Below are positions 25,621 through 36,067 of a stretch of DNA of 64,000 bases, piece after piece. The stretch comes from a virus. Its lineage: Duplodnaviria > Caudoviricetes. The notes below the pieces were generated by a model that ran no database searches, was not told the DNA's origin, and saw nothing but the letters and a program-made list of their open reading frames with translations. Numbering within the stretch: position 1 is the stretch's first letter; each line of letters starts with the position of its first letter. Position numbers and translations under genes: made by a program. The stretch is from positions 1 to 64,000 of IMG/VR virus record IMGVR_UViG_3300024331_000231, one strand, 5' to 3'.

Positions 25621-26778
25621 ATGGCAGAGCAAATTTCTCAAGAGCAAACGACAACAACAACGACCGTCGCTCCAGATCTGAAGGCAGAACTGGCTCAACA
25701 GATGGCCATTAGCCTCAATAACGGTGTTGCGCCCGAGCCCGACGTACCTGCTGCTCCCACCACATCAGATCCCGCCGCTCCGACGACGACTGCCGATCCG
25801 TTTGGCCTCTTCAAAGAAAAATTCGGTTATGAGTCACCGGAAGCAGCCGTCCAGGAAATAGAAAGTCTCCGCGCTTTTCGCGCAGCGCCGCCACCTGCTG
25901 AACTCAAATTCGAGAACGAGCAAAGCAAGGCAATAGCGGAGGCCCTGCAAGCAGGCCCTGAAAAATTCCATGAGGTCCATGCGATTCTGGATAAGATGAT
26001 AAGAATAGACCAGTTGACTACGGGCGATCTGACGCACGAAGCAGCGGCAAATGTCATCAAACTGGGGATGCAACTCAAATATCCGGACCTCAAACCGGAG
26101 GAAATAAACTACAAGTTCAACAAAACATACGGGCTTCCACCTAAACCTGGTATGTTGCCAGCCGAAGATCAGGAGGAATTTGACGAACGCCTTCGCAACT
26201 GGGAAGCGGTCGTCGCTGATAAACAGATGGAAATGATGATTGATGCGAAACTCGCCCGTCCTGATCTTGCTGCTGCCAAATCAAAACTCGTTATTCCCAC
26301 TATAGCCCGGCAACAGGACGCCGATTTCCAAGAATGGCAGAAAACCGTTCAGGAAAACGATCGCCTCGCCGCCGAAACCACGCAAGTATACAAAGCCTTT
26401 ACGCCCAAGTCGCTCGAAACCAAAGTCAATTTTGTGGACGAAGCCAGTAAGATTGCTTTTGAGTTCTACTTCGAGCCGGACCCGGAGAGCTTTAACCAGT
26501 CGGTAGACATGGTCACGGACATCAACAAATTTTGGGAATCCTTCAAGACACCGGATGGAAGCCCGGATCGGATCGGATTTCTCAGAAGCATGTACATCGC
26601 CAAGAACTTTGAAAAGATGATCACGCAAGCGATGATCCAGGCCAAAAACGCTACTATCAAAGCCAGCCTGCCGGATAATACTGCCGGCGGCCTTGTCCGG
26701 CAAATGCCGCCCACACAAGTTCCCAATGAACTGGATACATTGATGCGCGCTTCGCTAAAAGGGTACGGGGGATTTTAA
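25621..26778 (+). CDS. Capsid scaffolding protein
   Basis: Acidic, Pro/Thr-rich N-terminus; directly upstream of the MCP. Confidence 0.7.
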   Translation: MAEQISQEQTTTTTTVAPDLKAELAQQMAISLNNGVAPEPDVPAAPTTSDPAAPTTTADPFGLFKEKFGYESPEAAVQEIESLRAFRAAPPPAELKFENEQSKAIAEALQAGPEKFHEVHAILDKMIRIDQLTTGDLTHEAAANVIKLGMQLKYPDLKPEEINYKFNKTYGLPPKPGMLPAEDQEEFDERLRNWEAVVADKQMEMMIDAKLARPDLAAAKSKLVIPTIARQQDADFQEWQKTVQENDRLAAETTQVYKAFTPKSLETKVNFVDEASKIAFEFYFEPDPESFNQSVDMVTDINKFWESFKTPDGSPDRIGFLRSMYIAKNFEKMITQAMIQAKNATIKASLPDNTAGGLVRQMPPTQVPNELDTLMRASLKGYGGF

Positions 26779-26801
26779 TCACTCCTTTAAAGTAATTTTT
26801 T

Positions 26802-28247
26802 ATGCCATCCGCAATAGTACGGGGTGCCACAGGGCAACCCGGGCCCGGTGGGTTTCCCTTGGGACTCACCACCGGTATTTTTAATGACCTGAATTTCGTC
26901 ATCCCGGACTATATCCCCGGGCTGATCGCCAAATACGGCAACAGCTCTTACATGCTCGCCGCAGAAATTCTGGGCAATTCCAACATCGAACAAGTCAATA
27001 CGACGACCAATACCTACTCGCACTTCGAAAAGGGGCGTCCTTATGGATCGGGTCTCGTAGCGTCGAACGTTGCCGCTACAGGTGTGGGCAATGATATCGT
27101 GGTCACGCTCAAATTCCCGCAGTCCTACGTGCAGGGTCCCAATAACACGATCCCCGCCGGCACGCGGATTCCCTTCCTGGAAAACCAGACTGTGAAGATT
27201 CGCTCCAACGGTCTGAAAGCCCGCGTCAAAGCCGTCGGACGTGTGACGCCGGGTGCCTATACGCTCACCCTCACTCCGCTGGGCACCTACCAGCTCGTTA
27301 CCGGTCCTCAAACCAGCCTGCAGATCAACGCCGGCGAAGGCTTGGAAACTTTCGGTAACCAGCTTGCCGGACAGGCTTCCGACAGCCAAGGTACACAACA
27401 GCCCAACCTTTACCGTTACGATAACACCGCAACGGTTCTCAGGGCTTCTGTAAAGGCAAGTGACCTGGCTGGGATGAACAAGACACAGGTGGATTTTGGC
27501 AATGGCAGTTTCTACCTTCCTACGCTGGCGATCAAGACCATGAACATGCAGATGATGGTCAACATCGAAGATGCGGTCATGGAAGGCGTGCCGTACGGCA
27601 ATGTGGTAGACGCCGACGGTATTACTTCGGTGGGTACGACTGGTGTGCTGCCTGACGTATCGGCCCGCGGTTCGGAAGTGGATTATGTGATCGGTATGTT
27701 CGCCATCGGAGACTTCCAGAACTTTACCAACGTGCTGGATTCCAATGGCGGCCCCCGGGAATATCACTTCCTGCAGTCCCTCGACCAACGCCAGGATATC
27801 AACAACCTGCTCTTCGGCATCTATCGGAACGGAGCGATCAGCTACGGCAGCGTAGGTTTTGGTGCAGAAGCCGCTGTGAGCTACGGTTTCAAGAGCTTTT
27901 CGACCGATACCTTCGATTTCCACTTCCACCGGTACAAAGGATTCTCGGCAGGTCCAGTCTTTGGTTACAACCCCACCCAGGGCGACTACCGTAGGGCCTT
28001 CGGCTTTGGCGTTCCCCAGGGTATGACGCAGGATGCCAAGGACGACACTACTCGGCCTTACCTGCAATGGGTCTATCAGCAGAACCCGGATATCCCCACT
28101 TCCCAGCGCATCTACTCGTGGGATCTCGGTTACACCAAGAATACCAAGACGACCGAAGCATCGAATAAATATGAACAGATCGCCTACGTCGGTAGCCGGG
28201 TAACGGCCGCCGAACAGTTCGCCATCCTTCGCGGTCTCGTCAGCTAA
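26802..28247 (+). CDS. Major capsid protein
   Basis: 481 aa, strong C-ending codon bias (high expression), follows the scaffold, followed by a hairpin. Confidence 0.85.
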   Translation: MPSAIVRGATGQPGPGGFPLGLTTGIFNDLNFVIPDYIPGLIAKYGNSSYMLAAEILGNSNIEQVNTTTNTYSHFEKGRPYGSGLVASNVAATGVGNDIVVTLKFPQSYVQGPNNTIPAGTRIPFLENQTVKIRSNGLKARVKAVGRVTPGAYTLTLTPLGTYQLVTGPQTSLQINAGEGLETFGNQLAGQASDSQGTQQPNLYRYDNTATVLRASVKASDLAGMNKTQVDFGNGSFYLPTLAIKTMNMQMMVNIEDAVMEGVPYGNVVDADGITSVGTTGVLPDVSARGSEVDYVIGMFAIGDFQNFTNVLDSNGGPREYHFLQSLDQRQDINNLLFGIYRNGAISYGSVGFGAEAAVSYGFKSFSTDTFDFHFHRYKGFSAGPVFGYNPTQGDYRRAFGFGVPQGMTQDAKDDTTRPYLQWVYQQNPDIPTSQRIYSWDLGYTKNTKTTEASNKYEQIAYVGSRVTAAEQFAILRGLVS

Positions 28248-28257
28248 TTACCTCACC

Positions 28258-28285
28258 GGTCGCGGGCATTAGTCCGCGACCATTT
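28258..28285 (+). terminator. Hairpin after the MCP (terminator/attenuator)
   Basis: GGTCGCGG-gcattagt-CCGCGACC-atttt. Confidence 0.6.
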
Positions 28286-28299
28286 TAAACTTTCAATTT

Positions 28300-29241
28300 A
28301 TGGCAAACGCTTACACAGAAGAGGCCCCAGTAAAAGGGACGACGCCCAAAAAAGACAAATGGGCAGCAGAGACCGCATTTCTGGCCCAGGAATTCGATCC
28401 CCAGAAGAAATATATGTTCGAGCTGGCAGACCAGAACCCGAAAAGGGAACTGCCTGTGTACGACATGCACATGAAGACTTTCGTGCCTCACAAGCCGTTC
28501 ATCCCTTACCGCAATGTGGTGATGACCTCCCAGATCATTTGGAAAGGACAAAGACGTGGCATACGGTACTATGACGGTTGCGATAGCATCTTCATTGACG
28601 AACAACCCAAAGAGAAAGAAACTATCCAATCCTTTATCCAGCAGACGATCCGCCGGGAATTCACCGATGGCAAATTCGGCGTTTATGGGGAAGAACGAAT
28701 GCTACTGCTATTCATGCTGGCTTCCAGTTTCAATGGCGAAAGTCCATTCCGGACCCGCACGGCCAATATTGTCTACATCCCGGTCAACGTCGAAAAGAAG
28801 ATGAGCCAGGAATCTGAGCGACTTGACCGGATCGAACAGGCTCTTGAACTCGCCAAATCGGCTTCGGACAAAAAGATGATGATCCATGCGGACTATCTCG
28901 GCATTCCGCTGGAAGATTTTGACTCTGGCAATGCACTGACGGCCAAAGAAATTCGGACAGGCTACCGGTTGGAGGCCTCCCGGGATCCCGACAGGTTCGT
29001 AAAAAGCTACGGAAATAAAGCCTTGGAGACCATGTTCTATGTGAAGAAGGCCTTAACCGCTCGTTTGATCGACACGGCAAGCAATCCCAACAAAGCGCTC
29101 TGGAAAACCAGTGGTCGGGAAATCTGCGACATCTCCGGCCTGAAATCCTTTGAAGTGATCAGCGACCGCCTCGTCGAATTCAGCCAAACGGAAGAAGGAG
29201 AAGAATTTAAGGCGCAACTCACTGCTCTTTATAACGAATAA
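28300..29241 (+). CDS. Conserved structural-module protein following the MCP
   Basis: 313 aa; same position as the post-MCP gene of crAss-like phages. Confidence 0.6.
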   Translation: MANAYTEEAPVKGTTPKKDKWAAETAFLAQEFDPQKKYMFELADQNPKRELPVYDMHMKTFVPHKPFIPYRNVVMTSQIIWKGQRRGIRYYDGCDSIFIDEQPKEKETIQSFIQQTIRREFTDGKFGVYGEERMLLLFMLASSFNGESPFRTRTANIVYIPVNVEKKMSQESERLDRIEQALELAKSASDKKMMIHADYLGIPLEDFDSGNALTAKEIRTGYRLEASRDPDRFVKSYGNKALETMFYVKKALTARLIDTASNPNKALWKTSGREICDISGLKSFEVISDRLVEFSQTEEGEEFKAQLTALYNE

Positions 29242-29244
29242 ACG

Positions 29245-29919
29245 ATGCCATGGTCCGTCGATAATATCTACCAGTATACCCGGTTTCTGACCAACAAAAA
29301 CCAGGCAGGGGGGATATCTGCGACGGACCTTTTTAACGCCTGGAATGCGGAGCAGTCGCAGCAGCACCAAGATTTGGTCGGACGATGGCAAAAGCAGAAC
29401 AACACCAAGACAGGTGTCATGAGCGGAATGGTAGAGGATGAAGTGACGATTAGCATGATGGCCCCTTTTATCGTACAAACTACGCTCCCAATAGCTGGGG
29501 GAAGAGGCATTAAGCCGGTGGATTATATTTACGGTATAGCCCTGCGCATTAACAACGCGAAGGTTTTTTCTATCCCGCACGATACCATTTGGTCAGTTGA
29601 GGATGACGTAATCGACCCTGCAAGCATCGCAGAAGATTCCTATTATTATTCCGAAGCCGGCAACTATTTCGCTTTTCTTCCCAACACAGTCACCAGTTTT
29701 GATCTCGATTACGTGGCGGAAACGACCGATATCGTGTGGGGGTTCACGCTCGACGGTAGTAACCGCCAGGTCTACAATCCGGCAACAAGCGTTCAGCCGA
29801 AGTGGAATAAAAATACTGTGATCTCGATCACAAAAAGAACTCTTACAGGATTCGGATTGCATTTCGATTCGCGGGAATTTGAAGCGTTCGGTGAATCTAA
29901 TATCCAAACCGGGAACTAA
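29245..29919 (+). CDS. Head-tail adaptor/ring protein
   Basis: Position, size and helical N- and C-termini. Confidence 0.55.
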   Translation: MPWSVDNIYQYTRFLTNKNQAGGISATDLFNAWNAEQSQQHQDLVGRWQKQNNTKTGVMSGMVEDEVTISMMAPFIVQTTLPIAGGRGIKPVDYIYGIALRINNAKVFSIPHDTIWSVEDDVIDPASIAEDSYYYSEAGNYFAFLPNTVTSFDLDYVAETTDIVWGFTLDGSNRQVYNPATSVQPKWNKNTVISITKRTLTGFGLHFDSREFEAFGESNIQTGN

Positions 29920-29921
29920 CC

Positions 29922-30593
29922 ATGGCAACACCTCCGTACATATGGAAGCAGTTGATCCAGCGGATCAGAAAGCACATGAACAATGGCTTTCCCAATGACT
30001 CATTTGCGACCAGCGACAATGAGATCCTGCTTTATATCAATGAGGCCAATGCTTATTCCCTAGTCGGGCAGGTATGGATGAATGCGAAAGTCCTGGGAGT
30101 AATGGAAGTCCCGGACGGCTATATGGCAACCGTCCAACTACCCGCCGTCCAGCAAGATCCAGTGACTGGAGAATGGTTTACCACTTTGCCGCAGCCGCCC
30201 GTCGGCCTTCCTTTGGGTTACAGCATCAACCGCATCTATTCGGCTCAGGCCAGCAGCGGTGTAGGCCAGGACGTCTTCCTGATTAAAGCAAAAAGGGTAG
30301 GGCGCCGGGCCAATATGCCGATGCCTGGCGGGATTCGGGCTTGGGTAGACTATACGAATGCCACCATTATCCGCCTGCAGGCGAGCGATAACCAACCCCT
30401 GCTGGGACGTGTCTTTTATGTCCAAATGCCCATCACCAGGACGTCAGACATCACGTTGCCGATGAATTTGCCCGATGACGCAATCGAGGCCATTTTTAAC
30501 AATGTGGTCACTAAATTGACACAGCGTTACCAGGAACCCAAAGACGTCATCCGGGATAACCTGCCAGCCGGCAACAACACTCTCAAGTCATGA
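29922..30593 (+). CDS. Head-tail adaptor/ring protein
   Basis: Position, SDNEILLYINEAN motif, paralog-like size. Confidence 0.55.
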   Translation: MATPPYIWKQLIQRIRKHMNNGFPNDSFATSDNEILLYINEANAYSLVGQVWMNAKVLGVMEVPDGYMATVQLPAVQQDPVTGEWFTTLPQPPVGLPLGYSINRIYSAQASSGVGQDVFLIKAKRVGRRANMPMPGGIRAWVDYTNATIIRLQASDNQPLLGRVFYVQMPITRTSDITLPMNLPDDAIEAIFNNVVTKLTQRYQEPKDVIRDNLPAGNNTLKS

Positions 30594-31336
30594 GCATAGC
30601 CAATACCGACATACTACCCGAAGTCTCTCTGCTGCAAATCGTGGACTATACGCTCGACGAATGCGAAAAATCGGACGGTGACCGGGATAAATATTGGATA
30701 CTGGCTTTCCGCGCCTTGGTAGACCTTATGTATGATATATCTGCTCATCCGATCACGTTGCGCATTCCCGTCAACGCTAACATGACGGTCAATTTTCCTC
30801 CGGGTTGTATCACCTGGACGAAAATCGGCATTTTGAATAACAACGGGGAGATCAGCACGCTGAAAATCAACAATGCGCTGACGTCGTGGAAGGAATTGAA
30901 TCCTAATCGGCTTGTCGATCTTACCCCGGATATCACCGATAGCCTTCCTACGCTTATCCAAAGCCCCTTTTATCTCAACTATTTCTATGACGGTGTATAC
31001 CAGCCGCTTTTCGGGGTAGGAGGGGGGCTTATCCAGTACGGCGATGCCAGGGTCGATGAAGAGAACCGGGTAGTTATCCTGCAACCAGATTTCAAATACA
31101 GCAGCATCCTTTTCGAATGCATTTACAGCCCGCAGCGCGATGGCGACTACAAAGTATCGCTCGCCTTACAGGAGGCGATCATCGCTTTTATCAAGTGGAA
31201 AGATAAGCAGGGAACTTATCAGGAGTACATAGCCGCAAAGATCAACGCCCGTCGCCGTATGCCGAAGAAGAAAGTCATATTACAAAAAATCAACCAGGTC
31301 ATCCGGGAATCGGAAACCATGAAATTAAGAGGATAA
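30590..31336 (+). CDS. Head-tail adaptor/ring protein
   Basis: Position; ALQEAIIAFIKWK C-terminal helix. Confidence 0.55.
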   Translation: MSIANTDILPEVSLLQIVDYTLDECEKSDGDRDKYWILAFRALVDLMYDISAHPITLRIPVNANMTVNFPPGCITWTKIGILNNNGEISTLKINNALTSWKELNPNRLVDLTPDITDSLPTLIQSPFYLNYFYDGVYQPLFGVGGGLIQYGDARVDEENRVVILQPDFKYSSILFECIYSPQRDGDYKVSLALQEAIIAFIKWKDKQGTYQEYIAAKINARRRMPKKKVILQKINQVIRESETMKLRG

Positions 31337-34300
31337 TGCCTATCGATGTCATATCATTTGTCGGAGCCATGGATACCGATTCCACTAATGAAAACATTGG
31401 CAAAGGATACGTACGCTCCGCCTATGATGTGATCTGGCGCGGACCGGTAGGCAACCGTAGGGCAGAGACGAACTTGGGTACCACGCTTGTTCCCAATAGC
31501 TTTTTGCCCGCTGGCCAGAACGCCACGGTCGCAGCCAAATACGATCCTGTTTACAAACGTGCTTTTTTCTTCAACTGGAACAATGGCGGCCTGCACGGAA
31601 TATATGTGTATAATACTACGTCCCAGGCGGTCAATAAATTTCAAAGACTGATACAGACAGGGACCAATACCGATGGCGATCCATTGGGATTTACGGCCAC
31701 TGGACGAATCAGTTCCATCGATATTCTGTACGCGGACGCGCCCCTCGGGCCGATCTTATTTTATGTCGATTCGCTCGGCCGTCCTACCCAGATCAATATT
31801 AATCGTTACCTGGCAGGCACATATCCCAAGGTGAAAAGGAGCTACATCGATGTGATCAAGGCCCCACCGATCATGGCTCCCCAAGTGACTTATGAAAACG
31901 ACAGCACGGTTCAGGCCAACAACCTGATCAATTCTCTCTGGAAATTTGCCTGTGCGCATATTTGCGACAACAACGAAAAGACTGTTATTTCCACGGCTTC
32001 AAAAGTACCGCTTCCGACCTACCCCTTCGACCCGACTCAAAATATCGATAAATCGCAGAACGCACGCATTGCAGTCTACGTAGCCACAGGCGACGCCACT
32101 GTTAAGACCATCCGGGTATACGGCAAGCAAACCAAAGACGGCGCCACCAGTGACTGGTATATTTTGGCCGATTTGAAAAAAGCCGATCTTGGAATTGCGG
32201 ATAATACGGTCTATAAATTCCTGTTCTACAACACCGGCAGTTATATTATTGAAGACCCGGCGTTTGCCGTATTGAACTTTGACATTGTGCCACTACAGAC
32301 CAATTGCGGTACTTTGCTCAATGGCAACACGCCGGCTTATGCCGGTATCCTTGAAGGCTACGATTTTTTTAACCCTGTCCTGAATGTTACCGCTTCCAAC
32401 CAGACCGTTCCACGTTATTCGGTTAACGGGACGTGTTTTTTTGCGACGACTAATGGTCAGTTTGAGCTCAGTGGCCAGCCGCATGTCCAGGTATTTCTGA
32501 CCGGTGCTGGCAGCAATGACGGGAACGGCAATCCTACCACGCTGTTTTGGCCGCCTGCGTTTCTCGCTGTTCGGGCCAAATCGGGAGCCACCGATATCAG
32601 TTTTTCGATCAACAACCTGGTTGGTACGATCGCGACCATCTTGTCCAATTTGCAGGCAGCAGCCGTGGCCGCCGGTTGGGTTTTTGTTAGTAGCGATACC
32701 AATTCGATTACGATATATTACCCTTCTGGCCAGGTTACCGTTCAATCTTCCTATGTCCAAGGTCAAAGCACGCTTCCCACCTTCCCGTATAACTATCCCC
32801 AGCTCGCCTTTTATCCTCAATCGGCTTCGCAATGGGGCGCTATTTATTTCGATGCGTACGGAAGAACTAACGGCGTGATTAGCAACATCCAAGGCCAGGT
32901 AACAACGCCTCCATACGTAATCGGAAGTCGGATGACTCCTGAGATCACTTTGGACGTATCAGGATACAGGCCTCCGGCATGGGCCATTTATTGGCGCCCG
33001 GTTCGGACGGACAACCTGACGTTCAACCGCCGGTTGGATTGGATTTCCGATGCAGCCTACAGCGGGACGGGCCAAGTTGTCAATAGCCAGTACGCGTATT
33101 TTGGAGTAACCAACATTTTCAGCTATAACACGGCTATCGGTGCCACGGAAGGCGTCGTTTCCTACGGTGCTACAAGCTTTGTCCCGGGAGATCGAATTCG
33201 CGTTCTCGGGCGCTATTCCGCCAACGGAGCCCTCGTTGCTACCCTCAACCTGGACTATGCCATTCTCGGCGTCGTCGTCAACCCCAATATCAACGGCGTT
33301 GTTAAAGTCGGCACCTTTATCCAGATCGCCTATCCAACGGCCGACATATCCGCTGATTTTAAATTCGATGGAACGGACGATTTTCAGAACTACCAGATCC
33401 TGATCTACAACTACAAAGCGCAGGTCGCCTCTTCTCCCAACACTTTCTGGGAAGTAGGGGAGACCTTCGCCATTGGCAATCCAGGACTGCTGACAGCCTA
33501 CCACATGGGGAACGTCGCTGACAATATCGTCAAGATATCCGACGGCGATATTTTCTTTCGGCCCCGGACGGTGCCGATACAGAACTCCTACTCGATCAAT
33601 ACGGGCAGTTTTGATATGACGACGCCAGGAAGCACATTGTGGATTGATCCTGGAGGTGGCGCGCGATTTCTGGCCAACAACTCCGTCTATCAAATCCAGG
33701 GAGATGGACCGCGGGGAGCGGGATTGCTCTCTACCGACTTTCCTTTTTATACGACCGCGCAACCGACGGTTTTCAATAAATCAGCCTCTCCGATCGTCGT
33801 GCGCGTGCGGTTCACGCTGCCTGTCGTCGATAAAACGGACCCGAATGGACAGTTTGCCGGCTTTTTCAAGCTCATTGCCCCGGGTAATATCGTCACCACT
33901 CAACCTATCCTGGCGCAGCAGACGGGGCTCGTCCCTGGACAATCCAATAATTTCGTGATCGATGCCAGTATCTCGATGCCAGGCAATACAAAGCTCTGGA
34001 TGGTCATGACGGCTGTCAACGAAATGCTCATCGGGGGAATGACCATCCAACTGGACGTGATCCGCAATATCTCCATCTTCGCTTTTGACGCTTCTTTTTC
34101 GGACATCTACAACCTCAAGACCAATTCGGACAATAGACCTAGTACGATCGACGGAACCGCTCAGCAAACCTTCTTTCCTACGCTGTTCCGTTTTTCGGAA
34201 CCTTATGTACCGGGCACCAATATTTTGCAGACCAACCGATTTTTTGACGCCAACAAAGATGAGTTCACTACCTCTTACGGACAAGTCATGCGAATGGTGC

Positions 34301-35292
34301 AATGGCAAAAGCGGCTACGGGTGGCGCAAGAAAGAAAGTGGGGAGAAGTGGGAGTTTATAGCAAATTTATAAAGAATAACAACGGAGAAACCCAGCTGAT
34401 CGTCAACGACCAGATCATTGAGCAAAATAACATCCAATATTTCGACCAGGATTTCGGTATCGGCAACCAGCCAGACTGTTTGGCCATTAATGATTACCAG
34501 ATTTGGTTTTTTGATCCTGTCCGCGGGGCTATCTGCCGGTTGTCCCTTGATGGCATTAAGCAGATATCCGAAGAGTTTATGGTGCAAACCTTTGCCGGAT
34601 CACTTACACCTCGATATCTGCAACAGTTTAATGCGGTTACGGCCGGAAATGCCGTCGTATTAGGGGTATACAGCTTTTCCAGCGATCGTTATGCTGAAAC
34701 ATTGATGTGCTTTCAGGGAGGAATAAAAGGTCATACGACTATCCCTTCACAAACGATTGCTTTTATTGAAAAGACAAACGCCTTTAGCAGCTTCTACCGT
34801 TTCGCGCCGGAGGCGATCGTTTGCGCTGAAAATCAGTTGATCTCCTTTTATCAAGGGCAGCTGTACATCCATAATGATACGGGCAATAATCGCAACTATT
34901 ATGGCTTTTCTATGCTTCCGCAGCTAGAATTAATCTATAACGATCAGGAAGCTATTCGCAAAACATACGATGCCCTTTCTTTTCAAACTTTCAACAACAA
35001 GGTATGGACGGCCCCGAATGTAGGAGACATTACGACAAGTTTCATCAATCCCCAGACCGGTCTACAGCAGATCAGTCAACTGATTCTGGAAGATTTTGAG
35101 GTCGTGGAAGGACAAGCAAACGCGGCTTTCAAGCGGGATGCCAATAGCCAGGCGAATGCGGCCATCGCTATCAACGAAGGCGATTATCTGAAAGGCAATT
35201 GGATCAGAATCTTACTATCTGCACCAAGTAGTGCCTTCAACGCTTTTTACGCGCCTATTCTCCGGTGGACGCCTTCACAAAAAACACCTTAA
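31336..35292 (+). CDS. Tail nozzle/stabilisation protein (P22 gp10/crAss muzzle-like)
   Basis: 1318 aa, beta-rich; N-terminal AMDTDS..YVRSAYDV; C-terminal FFD..RGAICRLS.DG..IS and LKGNWI typical of this class. Confidence 0.75.
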   Translation: MPIDVISFVGAMDTDSTNENIGKGYVRSAYDVIWRGPVGNRRAETNLGTTLVPNSFLPAGQNATVAAKYDPVYKRAFFFNWNNGGLHGIYVYNTTSQAVNKFQRLIQTGTNTDGDPLGFTATGRISSIDILYADAPLGPILFYVDSLGRPTQININRYLAGTYPKVKRSYIDVIKAPPIMAPQVTYENDSTVQANNLINSLWKFACAHICDNNEKTVISTASKVPLPTYPFDPTQNIDKSQNARIAVYVATGDATVKTIRVYGKQTKDGATSDWYILADLKKADLGIADNTVYKFLFYNTGSYIIEDPAFAVLNFDIVPLQTNCGTLLNGNTPAYAGILEGYDFFNPVLNVTASNQTVPRYSVNGTCFFATTNGQFELSGQPHVQVFLTGAGSNDGNGNPTTLFWPPAFLAVRAKSGATDISFSINNLVGTIATILSNLQAAAVAAGWVFVSSDTNSITIYYPSGQVTVQSSYVQGQSTLPTFPYNYPQLAFYPQSASQWGAIYFDAYGRTNGVISNIQGQVTTPPYVIGSRMTPEITLDVSGYRPPAWAIYWRPVRTDNLTFNRRLDWISDAAYSGTGQVVNSQYAYFGVTNIFSYNTAIGATEGVVSYGATSFVPGDRIRVLGRYSANGALVATLNLDYAILGVVVNPNINGVVKVGTFIQIAYPTADISADFKFDGTDDFQNYQILIYNYKAQVASSPNTFWEVGETFAIGNPGLLTAYHMGNVADNIVKISDGDIFFRPRTVPIQNSYSINTGSFDMTTPGSTLWIDPGGGARFLANNSVYQIQGDGPRGAGLLSTDFPFYTTAQPTVFNKSASPIVVRVRFTLPVVDKTDPNGQFAGFFKLIAPGNIVTTQPILAQQTGLVPGQSNNFVIDASISMPGNTKLWMVMTAVNEMLIGGMTIQLDVIRNISIFAFDASFSDIYNLKTNSDNRPSTIDGTAQQTFFPTLFRFSEPYVPGTNILQTNRFFDANKDEFTTSYGQVMRMVQWQKRLRVAQERKWGEVGVYSKFIKNNNGETQLIVNDQIIEQNNIQYFDQDFGIGNQPDCLAINDYQIWFFDPVRGAICRLSLDGIKQISEEFMVQTFAGSLTPRYLQQFNAVTAGNAVVLGVYSFSSDRYAETLMCFQGGIKGHTTIPSQTIAFIEKTNAFSSFYRFAPEAIVCAENQLISFYQGQLYIHNDTGNNRNYYGFSMLPQLELIYNDQEAIRKTYDALSFQTFNNKVWTAPNVGDITTSFINPQTGLQQISQLILEDFEVVEGQANAAFKRDANSQANAAIAINEGDYLKGNWIRILLSAPSSAFNAFYAPILRWTPSQKTP

Positions 35293-35302
35293 AACCAAAA
35301 AA

Positions 35303-36067
35303 ATGCCAGACGATATACTTTCAGGAGCAAGCGCGGGAGCATCACTGGGATCAGTCATACCCGGGGTGGGCACCTTGATTGGAGGCCTCGGAGGCGCGGC
35401 GCTGGGGATCGTAGGAGGGCTATTCGGTCGCAAAAAGGCCAAAAACCTATTGGCCCAGAATCCTTATCCCAACGAAGAAATGCCTTCCGAGGTCACTGCC
35501 AACCAGCAGATTGCCCAAAGCGCCGCGCTGGAAGGCACCCCCTCGGAGCAATTGCAGGCGGCACAAAAAGATATTCAACGCAACCAAGCAGCGGCGATTA
35601 CAGCCGCCTCTGCTTCCCCTGGCGGGGCCGTGCGCAATATCGGTGCCATCCAGCAGGCCAGCGATGATGCCTCCGGGAGACTCAACGCACAAAGCGCGGA
35701 AGCTCGCCGCCAGAACATAGGCCAACTGATCGGCGTCAACCAGCAGGCGGCCTCCTGGAAAGACAAACTCTTCGACTGGAACCAACGGCAGAAGTACATC
35801 CAGAATTACAACTACGGCATGGGGCTGCTCGGGCAGTCAAACCAGAATATCCTTTCGGGGGCGGATAAACTGCTCGGAACGGCTACCGGTGCGTTGTCGT
35901 CTGGCGCGTTTGGTGGAGGTGGTAATGCGGCAGCGGCGTCTGGGGCGCCCGCTCCCTATCTGTACAATCCAGGAACAGCAAATACTGCCGGTGGATACAA
36001 TAGCCCCGCCGGATTAGTAGGTAGTATCGACCCCAATTCAGCACGAAATTTCTTAATCGGACAATAA
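35303..36067 (+). CDS. Internal virion/ejection protein
   Basis: Gly/Ala-rich hydrophobic N-terminus GASLGSVIPGVGTLIGGLGG and a Gln/Ala coiled coil. Confidence 0.65.
   Translation: MPDDILSGASAGASLGSVIPGVGTLIGGLGGAALGIVGGLFGRKKAKNLLAQNPYPNEEMPSEVTANQQIAQSAALEGTPSEQLQAAQKDIQRNQAAAITAASASPGGAVRNIGAIQQASDDASGRLNAQSAEARRQNIGQLIGVNQQAASWKDKLFDWNQRQKYIQNYNYGMGLLGQSNQNILSGADKLLGTATGALSSGAFGGGGNAAAASGAPAPYLYNPGTANTAGGYNSPAGLVGSIDPNSARNFLIGQ

Noticed and set aside
26787-28067. 426-aa antisense ORF over the major capsid gene
   Set aside because: Shadow frame caused by strong C-ending codon bias of the MCP; no recognisable motifs.
31354-34587. Numerous 60-270 aa antisense ORFs within the tail nozzle gene (likewise within other long structural genes)
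   Set aside because: Fully nested opposite a long, well-supported CDS; typical shadow ORFs.
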